The notes beneath the pieces are model-generated. The model worked only from the letters and a program-made list of their open reading frames with translations, made no database searches and was not told where the DNA came from. The translations under genes and the position numbers were made by a program. From Takakia lepidozioides (taxonomy: Eukaryota; Plantae; Bryophyta): DNA of 64,000 bases. The DNA is taken from positions 11,532,001-11,596,000 of the forward strand of contig CM060734.1 of the NCBI GenBank assembly GCA_030704615.1. Reading direction: 5' to 3'. Of the stretch, positions 1-12,214 are shown piece by piece (the first letter of the stretch is position 1; the number at the start of each line of letters is the position of its first letter).

Positions 1-855
1 TTCCGTGGCAGTCAACGTCGTGGTAGAGGCTTGTTCAAAATCAACAATCTACTGCTTAAGCTACCTACCTTTAAACAGGGCCTTCGTCAAGCCTGGGCCA
101 AGGCTGGGCTCCCCAATCAAAACCCAACCGAAAAATTCTTGGTCAAGCTCAAAGCAGTAAACATAGAGAGTCAAAAAATGAGCCTGGCCTTGTCAATCAT
201 CAGGACGAAAAAGGTAGCAACCTTGGAAAAGTGTCTTAAGGTATGCCAAGCCAGAATGGAATCGACCAGATGTGATGAACATACATACCACACCTATGTT
301 CAGGCCAGATGCAACCTTGACACCTACCATAAAATCCAGGAAATGAAGCTTAAACTAAAGGCAGGGGTCAACTGGTCGTCCAAAGGCGAGATGACAAAAT
401 ACTTCTTTGACAAGACCCGGCTTCGAAGGGCTACTCAGGAACTCTCGGAACTTATAGACCAATCTTCGGGATTATCTACTACTTCTCCCAAAGCTATGGC
501 CGCTCTATCCAGTAAACACTTTCAGCAGCTATTTTCATCAGACCATATCAACCTTGATCCATCTCCCTCTCAGACTGACTGCCTGGCACATACACCCACC
601 ATCCTTTCGGGTCAAAAAGTCGTTTCCCTTGAAGGGGAGCTCACAGAGATCGAGCTAGAGGAGGCCTTGAAAAAACTTCAAAACAATAAGTCTCCAGGAA
701 TGGATGGACTCTCTGTGGAATTCTACAAGGCAATGTGGCCAGATATTTCCACGGAATTCACGGATATGGCAAACCATCTGTTCCTCCAAGGCTTCATGCC
801 CCCCGCCATGTCGCAAGGCGTCATCACCTTGTTGTACAAAAAAAGGGACAAAAAT
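1..855 (+). mobile_element. L1/Tx1-type LINE ORF2 fragment (linker and start of reverse transcriptase), broken at ~855
   Basis: ORF 31..924 has W...GEMTKYFF, ELTEIELEEALKKLQNNKSPGMDGLSVEFYKAMW and GVITLLYKKRDK, typical of L1-clade ORF2. Similarity stops after KKRDK; the rest of the ORF is read-through. Confidence 0.88.
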
Positions 856-947
856 AGTAGTCCTACTTCTATTACGTGTTGTAGTTCGGGTCCAAATTTC
901 GTAAGAGGTATAAAAATAGTCTAGGCTCGGGTAACTCAAATGCACTG

Positions 948-1611
948 AAGTCGGCACCGACTTTACAGAGCACAACAAGCATCGACGTCGTCAGTTTAAG
1001 GTAACAAATGTCATATTGAAGTTGCTGCCGGGCTATGGGGTAATCTTCATAGCTATGGCTATATTGCACAAAACTTCATCCTCTTCTTGTTTTTTGGAAA
1101 GTGGTTGGCCATGCCATTCGTCTTGGCCCCTTAACCTTAAAGTCGGCAACAACTTTGACTTGCTCGATCAATGCCCAAACACCAACAAATTGTTGGAATG
1201 CGAATCATCGGAGCTTATGACTAAGGAGCTAATGATTTCCGATTGGCATTCAAACACAAGAAGGACTTTCCGAAAAAAACAGGCACCTATTCAATCTCTT
1301 TGCTTCACCCGAAAACCTATTTTGTTCTTGCACACATGACATGTCAAACCCTGAACTTTGATGAAGTCGGTGCCGACTTCACTGTCCGTAAGAAGCCTTC
1401 ACCCACTAGTTGTGGATGAATAATAGGATGGGTGCATTTACTAGAAACAATTCCAAAGACACCGGTGAATCGTTGATATCGCAAGAATCGGCTGCACCTC
1501 CTCTAATATGTTGGACCTTTGTGTTTCCGTGGCTTAAGTACCAAGTAATCGAATACAAAACCAGCCCACAGACGATCCTCTTCTTCATTTTCTGAAAGTC
1601 AGTGCCGACCT
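948..1611. repeat. Four dispersed copies of the palindrome AAGTCGG-N2-CCGACTT
   Basis: Copies at 948-963, 1140-1155 (degenerate), 1362-1381 (9-bp stem) and 1596-1611 (degenerate). Confidence 0.75.
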
Positions 1612-2846
1612 TACTGTGTGGGGGCTCAACAAGCAAAATGCTTTTCCATATGCACTCCAAAAGCTGATTCCAATGTTGTTGTTTTGGGATATCATCTTGC
1701 CTGTTCTCACTTCATGGGATAGTAGAGCTTTTTCCTAGCTTCATTATGTTCGACGACAGCTCTAACTATTAGCACAGTATGGACGGATCCAGAATACATT
1801 GTCAGATTGAGTTATGGCCACAGTAGCCAGATTTGCATTTCATGACGTTCTCTCGGGAAGAGAGGCAAGGTTCGTTATTCACTGCTTGCAGTGTGTGTGC
1901 CTTATGGCGTAATTCGGGGTTTTAATTTTTTTCCCCAAAATAAAACTTAATAAAAATCCCAGGGATACAATCCCCCTGTTAACTAAAAAAAGAAAAAAAA
2001 GAAAAAGAAAAGAAAAGAAAGCTATAATTAAAATTTTCTTTATGGCACTTGGGCTATGGCAATTTCGATTGTCTGGCTGATTTCATGATCTCGTGGGTTA
2101 ACTTAACACTCACAATGACTTATGGTTAATGCATCATGGGGTCTGTCACAATAGTAACACCTTTGCCAAGTGTCTAAGGAAACTGTCAATGACTGCGTGT
2201 TTAATGTCATGGTCCAGGTTACTTTTTGTGCTGCAGTGATATTTGAGCCACCTTTTCCATATGGCAATTGCGTTGCAGGAGGGGTTGAGAAGGTCAAAGT
2301 CCCCAGAGTTGTAACATAGTAGACCAAGCAGAGAGTTCTGGTCAATTGAGGGCTGTATTCGCAACTGTGGGTAGTATTCAAACTGCTCACAGGCTTGGTG
2401 TAAATGCAGTATTAGTGTTGATACAAGCCAATTGTTTTGCATGTGGCCCTGTTCCACTGATATTGGTCACATAGTAGTAGACATCGAAGTAAAATATTGA
2501 TTGCAATCACGCTTTACCATGGACCCTATACGTTTTAACGATATCTGTTGGGTGACTATACTTGGCGTGGCACTACCATGGTTCTTTCTGACAAGGGAAA
2601 ATGTCCCATTGGTGAGGACGAGCTTTAGTCTAGCTGGCTGCACATACAAGTGTCATGTCGAGTGCTGGCAGATTAAAGAAAATATAGTTATGGTGCCAGT
2701 TTGAACGTTGCCCATAGCCCGGTATTTTTAGACCAAATGACAGCGGTATGGTGATGGCAATATCCTCAGTTGTTGTGCTGTGAGAGGAGAGAAGAGACAG
2801 GTCTGTTTGCATGTCTCACTTCACCGTGGTAGTGGGTGGGATGCAG

Positions 2847-4540
2847 GACATTGATGGAAAGAATGTGGAGCTGAACACTTACAAGGACAAAGTGCTACTG
2901 ATTGTCAACGTTGCCTCCCAATGGTATTCTCTTTTTCTGGTCATGTACTCTGGGCGTGCAACTGTTGAGTGTAACGCAAGTGCTGTTCCAAATGTGAATG
3001 TATACTTACCAGAGCTTGTGTAACCATTTACATTGTACAGTCTATTTTCCTATGCAAGTGGTCTGTGATTTAGGATGGGCTGATGACAGCTTGATGGAGA
3101 TCAGAAATTGTTGCGTTCTTGTCCCATATGACTGATTCCAAAATCCCAATCAAATGATTTGAGTGTTTGAAGCTCTGCATGGGAATGTACTCTTCACAGC
3201 TGGTCCAATATAACCACATGTGAAAGATAAGACCAAGATGCAGGTCTGCACACTAGGTGGCACGTCCTCATATGTCCTGCAATATTTAAGACATCAAAGT
3301 CCAGAGAAAGATATGCACTCATTTAATGTCTCCAATCAACATTGGCTATGGGATACCTCGAGGGCTTGGTCCCATGGTGTTAACCCTCCTGGAGCAAGAG
3401 GGTGGATGAACCCTAGCGATCTGTAGTGGTGGAGGTCTCTTTCTGTCGATACTCTCTTACCTCATGTAACTACGGTGCCATGCGCTCAGAATCTCTATGA
3501 AAATTCCATAAGATGAAAGGTTCATCTGTTTTGAATTTTTTGCCTTCTTCTACTTACTTGCCTGCGATAAAGATCTGAAATAGACCATATACCATACCTC
3601 GGAAGAAAAGGATCGAAAACAAAACACTGGAAGCACGGCTGCTTTTTTGTTCGAACTAGCACTATTAGTTGGAAATCTGTGTTTTCAAGTATAAGAGTAC
3701 CTTGGTAGTACCGGTGAACTAGATTTTCACAATCCAAGTTAGCTAGTTGGATGTGGACACTGATGATAACGTTGTGTGCTTGGTGTTGTAGACTTTGAGA
3801 TCTTGGCATTCCCATCAAACCAATTTGGAGGCCAGGAACCCGGGACAAATGACCAAATCAAGGAATTTGCATGCAGCAGGTTCAAGGCCGAGTTTCCCAT
3901 TTTCGACAAGGTACTCTTACCCCACTCCCTCCTCTCTCCCTCCGAGGGATGGGTTTGTTGTTTCTAAGTGTCACTCAACTCAAAGACCCGCATGGAGTAA
4001 ATCCCAATCTTGCAGATGTGGCCTTGTTACCTGTTGAGAGCTATGACAATTAGGTGTGTAGAGACTGTCATTCATCCAGGAAGGGTCCTATCCTGTGGGG
4101 TCCTTCACAGTATGGCTAAGGCATTTGTGTAATGTGCAAATACTGTCAATTTATGCAAAGGGGATAATCATTGGTTGTCAATGGGACTGCTTAACTAGCT
4201 GGTAGTGAAAAAATGTACAGTACTAGTGCGTTCTTGTGCTTCAGCTCCCTCTGACCCTCAGTCTGGCATTTTAGCTTTGAAGCATCCAGTAACATGATCC
4301 ACATGTAGGATGCATCCTAATTTTGCAATCAGTAGATTCATTTTCTGAGCTGGAGGATTTTGTGATTGGCAGATTGATGTGAATGGGCCAAACCAAGCAC
4401 CACTGTACAAATTTCTGAAGGCTAGCAAGAGGGGGAATACTGGGTGACAGTATCAAATGGAACTTCTCCAAATTTCTGGTCGACAAAATGGCAAAGTTGT
4501 GCAGCGTTATGCCCCAAACACACCCCCATCTAAAATTGAG
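2847..4540 (+). pseudogene. GPX: Glutathione peroxidase (plant PHGPx-type), probable pseudogene; exons 2847-2923, 3792-3910, 4373-4540
   Basis: Exons give DIDGKNVELNTYKDKVLLIVNVASQ / [17 protein letters not shown]...[10 protein letters not shown] / IDVNGPNQAPLYKFLK...IKWNFSKFLVDK...RYAP, with AG/GT borders and the canonical plant sizes 77, 119 and 168 bp. The 62-bp exon is not found. The 168-bp exon has +1/-1 frameshifts with a TGA between them. First and last exons not located. Confidence 0.85.
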
Positions 4541-4562
4541 GTAAGTTGCCGCTTTTTCTATT

Positions 4563-4564
<2 letters not shown>

Positions 4565-4593
<29 letters not shown>
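4565..4593. repeat. (CT)n microsatellite, target of the LINE insertions
   Basis: About 14 CT units, ~25 bp after the GPX donor site and directly abutting LINE copy A. Confidence 0.9.
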
Positions 4594-4596
<3 letters not shown>

Positions 4597-7500
4597 ATCA
4601 TTGGGAGGAAACTAATTGTCTGCGGTAGAGCTGTTAATTGGTGGACCAATGAGATTAAACTCAAGATAGCTGAGAGACGAGTCCTTTATAAAGAGTGCTG
4701 CAATTTGAAAACCAACAAAGAATTGTGGGCGAGGTACTACCAGATCCGTAAAGATATCAATCTGCTTGTAAGGGCTCAGAAGAAATTATACCGGGACAAG
4801 TTATACAGTGAAATAAACTCAAACCACCATGGTGGTAATGACAAGAGATTCTGGTTGGCCCTTCAACGCTTGTACAAGCCGAAAAGCTGTCAGCAAGTAC
4901 AAGCGCTGAAGACTACTAAGGGTGCAGTGGTAACTTCATCGGTTGACATTGTCAAAACCTTTGAAACCCACTACAGTATCCTTGGCAGAACTTCTAGGTC
5001 TAACAGTGAGGGGTCCTCTGATGAATGGAAGGACACAGTTGGTAAAACTGTTCCTATGATTCAAAACAGCCCTGATGAATTGGAGTATATTTCAAAAGCC
5101 TACAACGCTCCCATTAGTTCTTCTGAGATTGTGGAAGAAATTGAGCATCTAAATGGATATAAAGCAGGTGGTCCGGATGGCATAGTCAACGAGCTTATCA
5201 AGCACGGTGGCGATCCCATGATAGAGGCCCTAGTTCTCCTCTTTAACCTTATCTGGAAGACTGAAATGATCCCCTTTCGCTGGTGACAGGGGGTCATTGT
5301 CAATCTATATAAGAAGGGTGACAGAGAAGACCCGGGGAACTATCGTGGCATCACGCTTCTCAATGCTGTTGGCAAGATATTTTGCAGAGTTATAAGTACT
5401 CGTCTCGAGGCTGATCTGGAATCTAGAGGTTGTTTTCACGAAGGCCAAGCTGGCTTTCGGCGAAACAGGGGCTGTGTGCTTCACTCTAAGCCAGATTATT
5501 CAGGGAAGGAAAAAAGAAGGGAAACCCACTTATATTTTTTTCTTGGATGTCAAAAAGGCTTATGACACAGTGTGGAGAGATGGTCTATGGCTCGGCCTCT
5601 GGTCTTGCGGAATCAAGGGAAAAATGTGGAGAGTTGTCCATAACTTGTATGCTCACACCAAAAGCTGTGTCACTGTTAATGGACAGAAGTCTAACTTCTT
5701 GGACATAGACCAAGGTGTAGCTCAAGGATGTACCCTCTCCCCTCTGCTCTTCAATGTTTTCATCAATCAACTCCTCGAGGATGTGGAACGTGAGGGATTT
5801 GGGTTAAGGGTGGGTGATGCCACCATTCCAGCCTTATGTTTGCGGATGACTTCGCAGGCATATGGGAGACTCCTTCCAACCTCCAGGAATTGATTGATTG
5901 CACGAAGAGATACTTTGATCTTTGGGGGCTAGAGGCTAATGTCAGTAAATGTGCAGTGGTGGCATTCAACGACAGAGGAGAGGGAGGAAGTGATCTTAAG
6001 TGGCAGTGGGGTAGCCAAGAGATTCCAGTCCTCTCTTCCTACACATACCTGGGCGTTGAGTTTTCCTCCAACTGTAACAGGGATGCACATATCCAGAAAG
6101 TTGTTCAAACTGGCAAGGGCAAAGCGCTGAGTCTCACTAAATATTTCCACTGCAGAGGGATTAACTCTGCGGTCAAGAAAACATTGCTTTGCCGTGTTAT
6201 TAGACCTGCCTTGGAGTACCGATCTGCTATATGGGTTGATAACTCCAACCAGGCTAAGTCTCTAGAATCCATTCAAGTGGGGGTGCTTAAGGAGTGCATG
6301 TCAGCATGCTCCAAAACAGCCAATGTGGCTGTTCTGGGTGAGTTTGGCATCCCTTCCTTAAGCTCCCGACGAGATGAATTCAAGGTCAGATGGTGGGGTC
6401 AGTTGCAACACATGTCCAACACCAGATACCCTAAGTTAATCGACTCTATATCTTGGAAACAGGACCGCCCTGTCAAACAGGCTAAGTCCTGGCAGAAGAG
6501 ATTGTACTCATAAGACGTTGTTTGCCGTAGCCTTGTGGCCATTGACCCCGCGCCCAGTTTGAGCGGGAACAAAAGGGACAGAACCTACCTCTGTCAGGGG
6601 CTGACGTTGGTAGTAAGACTTACCTCCATATATAGAATTAATCCGGGTTTTCCAGATATCCTCTAGAAATCCCTTCACACAAGCATCAATCTGCTGTGTG
6701 TGATTTGCCCAAAAACCAGGCCTCAGGAGGGCCTGGGCTTTTGGCTCAGCCTCGAGACTTTCAAAGTTGGTAAACAGGGGTACAGGCACAATACCCTTAA
6801 GAGATTTGAAGAGAGCGTCTCTTTGGTGAGAGAACCCCGGACAGTGTATCAGAAAATGAATACTGTCTTCAGATTGCCCACACAACGGGCAATTGCACTC
6901 TCCCTTTCCTCTCTGCTTCTGTTTGCTGTTCAAAGGTAGGCTTCCTGCCCTGAGTTTAAATTTCAGTCTAGTGCCGAGAGTGGGTAGACCCTTGAGGTCA
7001 TCCAAGATGTCCTCCCCCATGTCACAGACTGGAAACAAGTTCAGGGAAGTTTTCTGCCTAACTTCATTTTCATCAGACAATCTCATGGCAACAGACATGG
7101 CTGAGGACACTACAGCCTCTAAGTCAGATTTATCCAGCAGGGTCAAGACTTGCGGATCCAGGTCCAGGTCCTTGAGGATCTCTTCTACTCTCTTCTGCCA
7201 GGACTTAGCCTGTTTGACAGGGCGGTCCTGTTTCCAAGATATAGAGTCGATTAACTTAGGATATCTGGTGTTGGGCATATGTTGCAGCTGACCCCACCAT
7301 CTGACCTTGAATTCATCTCGTCGGGAGCTTAAGGACGGAATGCCAAACTCACCCCGAACAGCCACATTGGCTGTTTTGGAGCATGCTGACATACACTCCT
7401 TAAGCACCCCCACTTGAATGGATTCTAGAGACTTAGCCTGGTTGGAGTTATCAACCCATATAGCAGATCCGTACTCCAAGGCAGGTCTAATAACGCGACA

Positions 7501-8526
7501 AAGCATGGTTTTCTTAACCTCAGAGTTGACCCCTCTGCAGTGGAAAAATTTAGTGAGCCCCAGAGCTTTGCCCTTGCCAGTTTGAACAACTTTCCGGATA
7601 TGTGCATCCCAATTACAATTGGAGGAGAACTCAACGCCCAGGTAAGTGTAGGAAGGGAGGACCGGGATCTCTTGGCTACCCCACTGCCACTTAAGATCAC
7701 TTCCTCCCTCTCCTCTGTCGTTGAATGCTACCACTGCACATTTGCTGACATTAGCCTCTAGCCCCCAAAGATCAAAGTATCTCTTCGCGCAATCAATCAA
7801 CTCCTGGAGATTGGTTGGAGTCTCCCCTATGCCTGCGAAGTCATCCGCAAACATAAGGGCTGGTATGGTGGTATCACCCACCCACCCACCCTGGCAGAAG
7901 AGAGTAGAAGAGATTCTCAAGGATCTGAATCTGGACCCGCAAGTCTTGACCTTGCTGGATAATTCTGACTTAGAGACTGTAGTGTCCAAAGCCATGTCTG
8001 TTACCAGAAAATTGTCCGATGAAAATGAAGTTAGGCAGAAAACTTCCCTGAACCTGTTTCCAGTCTGACATGGGGGAGGATATCATGGATGACCTCAAGG
8101 GTCTACCCACTCTCGGCACCAGACTGAAATTTAAACTCAGGGCAGGAAGCCTACCTTTGAACAGTAAACAGAAGCAGAGAGGAAAGGGAGAGTGCAATTG
8201 CCCGTTGTGTGGGCAACCCGAAGACAATATTCATTTTCTGATTCACTGTCCGGGGTACTCTCACCAGAGAGAAGCTCTCCTCCAATCTATCAAGAGAATT
8301 GTGCCTGTACCTATGTTGACCAACTTTGAAAGTATCGAGGCTGAGCCAAAAAATATCTGGAAAACCCGAATCAATGTTCTTTATGAAGGTAAGACTTACT
8401 ACCGACGTCAGCCCCTGACTGAGGTAGGTTCTGTCCCTTTATGTTCCGTTCAAACTGGACGTGGGGTCAATGGCCACAAGGCTACGGCAAACAACGTCTT
8501 ATGAGTACATTCTCTCTCTCTCTCTC
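4594..8526 (+). mobile_element. 5'-truncated LINE copy A (RTEX/L2-like ORF2: RT plus C-terminal CCHC finger), split by inverted copy B
   Basis: Motifs KAGGPDGI, NYRGITLL, QAGFR, FLDVKKAYDTV, GVAQGCTLSPLLF, FADD, YTYLG, AVLGEFG and CPLCGQPEDNIHFLIHCPGY. Stop at 5284 and several frameshifts. Ends ...TTATGAGTACAT(TC)n at ~8510-8526. Confidence 0.92.
6502..7889 (-). mobile_element. 5'-truncated LINE copy B (same family) inserted in reverse inside copy A, 14-bp TSD
   Basis: Open frame from the FADD region to the ...HKATANNVL stop (6508). Flanked by the direct repeat CCTGGCAGAAGAGA at 6488-6501 and 7890-7903. Confidence 0.93.
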
Positions 8527-11500
8527 CTTGTGCTTAAACTTATAGCCTGCGAATTCTACCAATACATTACCTCTTATCAATAACAACACTCCCCAGGGGG
8601 ATTCCTGGGAATTGGTTACTTATGCCAAATCTAGGGCTTCATGTGTAGTTTTTGGGGTGAATCCCTGGATGGACGATGTGTCCTTTAAAACTACATGCTC
8701 CAGCTTAGGCTTGGATTATATGGCTAATGGTTCCATCTCGAGACTTGATAACAGAGGTACTTTGAAGGTTGCAATGCCCAAAAATGCTACTAATAGAGTC
8801 TCACATCAATTCAATCTAAACGAAGTTCGTCCCTTGACTGGCTGGAGAGCGGTCTTAGACATTGGTGATTCAATGAGGCGCTCTAGGAAGACAACCAAGG
8901 GCAGGGACTTCAACTTGAAAGTTTCTAATCGGTTTGATGCACTGGATGAGGTTGATTCCAAGCTGTCAGACAGACAAACTGACCGCAAGAGTGCTGAGCC
9001 TGAGCGTCGTGTGACTGAAGGATTTGATACTCTGAATGGTACTATTATGGTACTAATGTATCATAGTATCAATTAAAGTTTACGCACGACGAGCAAAATC
9101 TACACACGGGGTAATTGTCCCCCCTTTGCAGAACGGTTGGCCGTCCAGGAGCAACCATAGGCTACCTAGACGAGAAACAATTCACATGCAAAGGGCTGGC
9201 TTGCGGCTGGGCACTTTCTATTTCTGAGGGCTGACTAACCAAAGGAAACAACTCGAAGTGGGACAAGTTCTTCGCGCAAATGATATTCATATCTGTGCTG
9301 GGCAAGAGACATGGGAAACTCCGGACAAACTGGTTGGAGATGTCAATGGTTATAAATGGATCGGTAAGATGTGCGCTCTTAAGGCAGCGTCTGCCAAACG
9401 TGGTCAAAAAGGGGTTCGATTCTTTGTCTGTGATTTCTTGTGTGACAATTGTGAAATTATCAACAAGGGTTTGTGGTATGAGCACAGTATTCGGCTAAAA
9501 CTGAAACTGAAGGGCGGCGTGAATATGAAGGACCTCTCTGTGGGTTGTGTTTACATGCCCACAGAGGTGCCCCTTAGTGCTGACGCAGACAAAGCCTTCG
9601 AAGACGTAAAGCTGGACTGTGCTAAGTTCCTCGCCAAAGGTCAGGTGGTCTTATTGGGTGACTTCGATGCCCAGTTGGGCAAAGGTCTCCATGAGGATGG
9701 TACCATTGGGCCTTTTGGTGAGGACGAGCTGAATTCTAATGGTAGACAGTTAATAAACTGTCTCGAAGAACTTCTGCTTTTGACCTTGAATAATAGGTCA
9801 AAAGGAGACCAAGTGCAGTGGACTCGTGAGAAAGCCCAACTGGGGAACGTTCCATTGTGGATTATATCATAATGGACAAAAAATTGTTTCCCCAGAGTGC
9901 CAGTGTGTTGATCGACAAAACTGGTACCTCTGACCACTTCCTGGTTTGGACAGAGATCAAAAGGTGTTTTCCCAACACCAAGAGATCTTTGAAACGTTCG
10001 ATTCGGAAGTGGCGCATGGAAAATTCCAAAATGAAGAGGTCAAGGCTGAGTAAGTCCAGCCTTGCAAGAGGCTCTCCCTCATTTTGTCCACTCGCTCCGA
10101 GACCTTCAGTCTCGCTCTGGCAATGCAAGAAATGAAGTCGAAAGAGCAGTGGATTCTTGGGAGAGTTTCGTCTGCTCTGTGGCTGACAAGATATTGGGAG
10201 GAAACTAATACTCTGTGGTAGAGCTGTTAATTGGTGTACCAATGAGATTAAACTCAAGATAGCTGAGAGACGAGTCCTCAATAAAGAGTGCTGCAATTTG
10301 AAAACCAACAAAGAATTTTGGGCTAAGTACTACCAGATCCGCAAAGATATCAATCAGCTTGTAAGGTCTCAGAAGGAATTATACTGGGACAAGCTATACA
10401 GTGAAATAAACTCAAACCACCATGGTGGTAACGACAAGAGATTCTGGTTGGCCTTTAACTTCAACGTTTGTACAAGCGGACTAACTGTCAGCACGTACAA
10501 GCGCTGAGGACTACTAAGGGTGCAGTGGTGACTTCAACCGTTGACATTGTCAAAACCTTTGAAACCCACTACAGTATCCTTGGCAGAATTTCTAGGTCTA
10601 ACAGTGAGGGGTCCTCTGAAAAATGGAAGGACGCAGTTGGAAAAACTGAACTGGAGTATATTTCAAAGGCTCCCATTAGTTCCTCTGAGATTGTGGAAGC
10701 AATTGAGCATTTAAATGGGTATAAAGCTGGTGGACCTCATGGCATAGTCAATGAGCTTATCAAGCACGGTGGCGATCCCATGATAGAGGACCTTGTACTT
10801 CTCTTTAACCTTATCTGGAGGACTGAAATGATCCCCTTTCGCTGGCAACAGGGGGTCATTGTTAATCTATGCAAGAAGGGTGACAGAGAAGAACCGGGGA
10901 ACTACCGAGGCATCACGCTCCTCAATGCAGTTGGCAAGATATTTTGCAGAGTTATAAGTACTTGTCTCGAGGTTGATCTGGAATCTAGAGGTTGTTTCCA
11001 CGAAGGCCAAGCTGGCTTTCGGTGAAACAGGGGCTGTGTGGATCATAGCTTCACTCTAAGCCAGATTATCCAGGGAAGGAAAAAAGAAGGGAAACCCACT
11101 TTTGTATTTTTCTTGGATGTCAAAAAGGCTTATGACACAGTGTGGAGAGACGGTCTATGGCTCCGACTCTGGTCATGTGGGATCAAGGGAAAGATGTGGA
11201 GAGTTGCCCATAACATGTATGCTCACATTAAAAGTTGTGTCACTGTTAATGGACAGAAGTCTAACTTCTTTGACATAGACCAAGGTGTAGCTCAAGGATG
11301 TACCCTCTCATCTCTGCTCTTCAATGTTTCATCAATCAACTCCTCGAGGATGTGGAAAGTGAAGGATTTGGGTTAAGGGTGGGTGATGCCACCATACCAG
11401 CCCTTATGTCTGCGGATGACTTTGCAGGCATAGGGGAGACTCCTTCCAATCCCCAGGAGTTGATTGATTGCGCAAAGAGATACTTTGACTTTTAATTGCT

Positions 11501-11690
11501 GGGCAGCTGACACACAGCAGATTGATGTTGTGTGAAGGGCTGTCTAGGGGATATTTGGAAAGCCTGAACTCATTGTTTGCATCAAGGTAAGTGCCACTAC
11601 CAGAGTGTTCCCTCTTGTTCCGCCCAAACTGGGCATGGGGTCCATGGCCACAAGGCTATGGCAACCAACGTCTCATGAGTACATTCTCTC
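8527..11690 (+). mobile_element. Longer, older LINE copy C: ORF1 remnant, APE endonuclease and RT, internally deleted and joined to a family 3' end
   Basis: ORF1-like 8612..9076 (LKVSNRFDAL). APE motifs AGQETW, GCVYMP, LLGDFDA, DYI and SDH. RT highly similar to copy A up to 11494. 11497-11690 is a diverged 3' end ending CATGAGTACATTCTCTC. Confidence 0.9.
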
Positions 11691-12214
11691 AAATGCCCTT
11701 GCCTTTCAGAAAATCAGTTGCTGCTGGAGTTTCAGAAGGAAACCGGGGGCAAATCTGCAGCAGCCACAGCCGCAGGTCCGGCGATGTTGGCAAGCACTCC
11801 CAGACAGGTCGTTCTTCCAGCGGATGTAGGTGCGGCAGCTTTTCAACAAGGGGATCCCAAATTTTCCTACCTGGGTCAGGACGTTCGTGAGCAGGGGAGG
11901 TATGGACGACTCGATTCTCGCAGATGATCTGCCTGCCTACATGAAGAACAATACCGGCAGGGCGAATCACCGTCTTCTTGCATGGAGGGAGTACATCAAG
12001 CAGAACCACCCCGACGAAATCCATTAGTGATCGAGGAACTGAGCCTCTACTGAGGGCTAAATGTAGCCTAGAGAACGCCGAAAGGCTGAACATTGATGAA
12101 CCTAGCGAACTAAACCAAGTGGCAATGGAACGAAAGCAAAAGGGGGATGCTTTACCCCGTCAATAAAGTTTTCTATGGTCCAGCAAGAAAGACGATTAAA
12201 GAAGAAGAAGCAGA

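Noticed and set aside
1915-2020. A-rich tail resembling a retroposon 3' end (similar at 44990-45040, minus strand)
   Set aside because: No convincing TSD or element body, so too weak to annotate.
2921-3794. Selenocysteine GPX (TG|A formed by splicing 2923 to 3792)
   Set aside because: That splice puts the next exon out of frame, no SECIS was seen, and land plants lack Sec machinery; exon loss explains it.
6508-7995. 495-aa ORF as a stand-alone gene
   Set aside because: Its first ~35 codons are the antisense of LINE copy A read across the insertion junction; the rest is truncated LINE ORF2.
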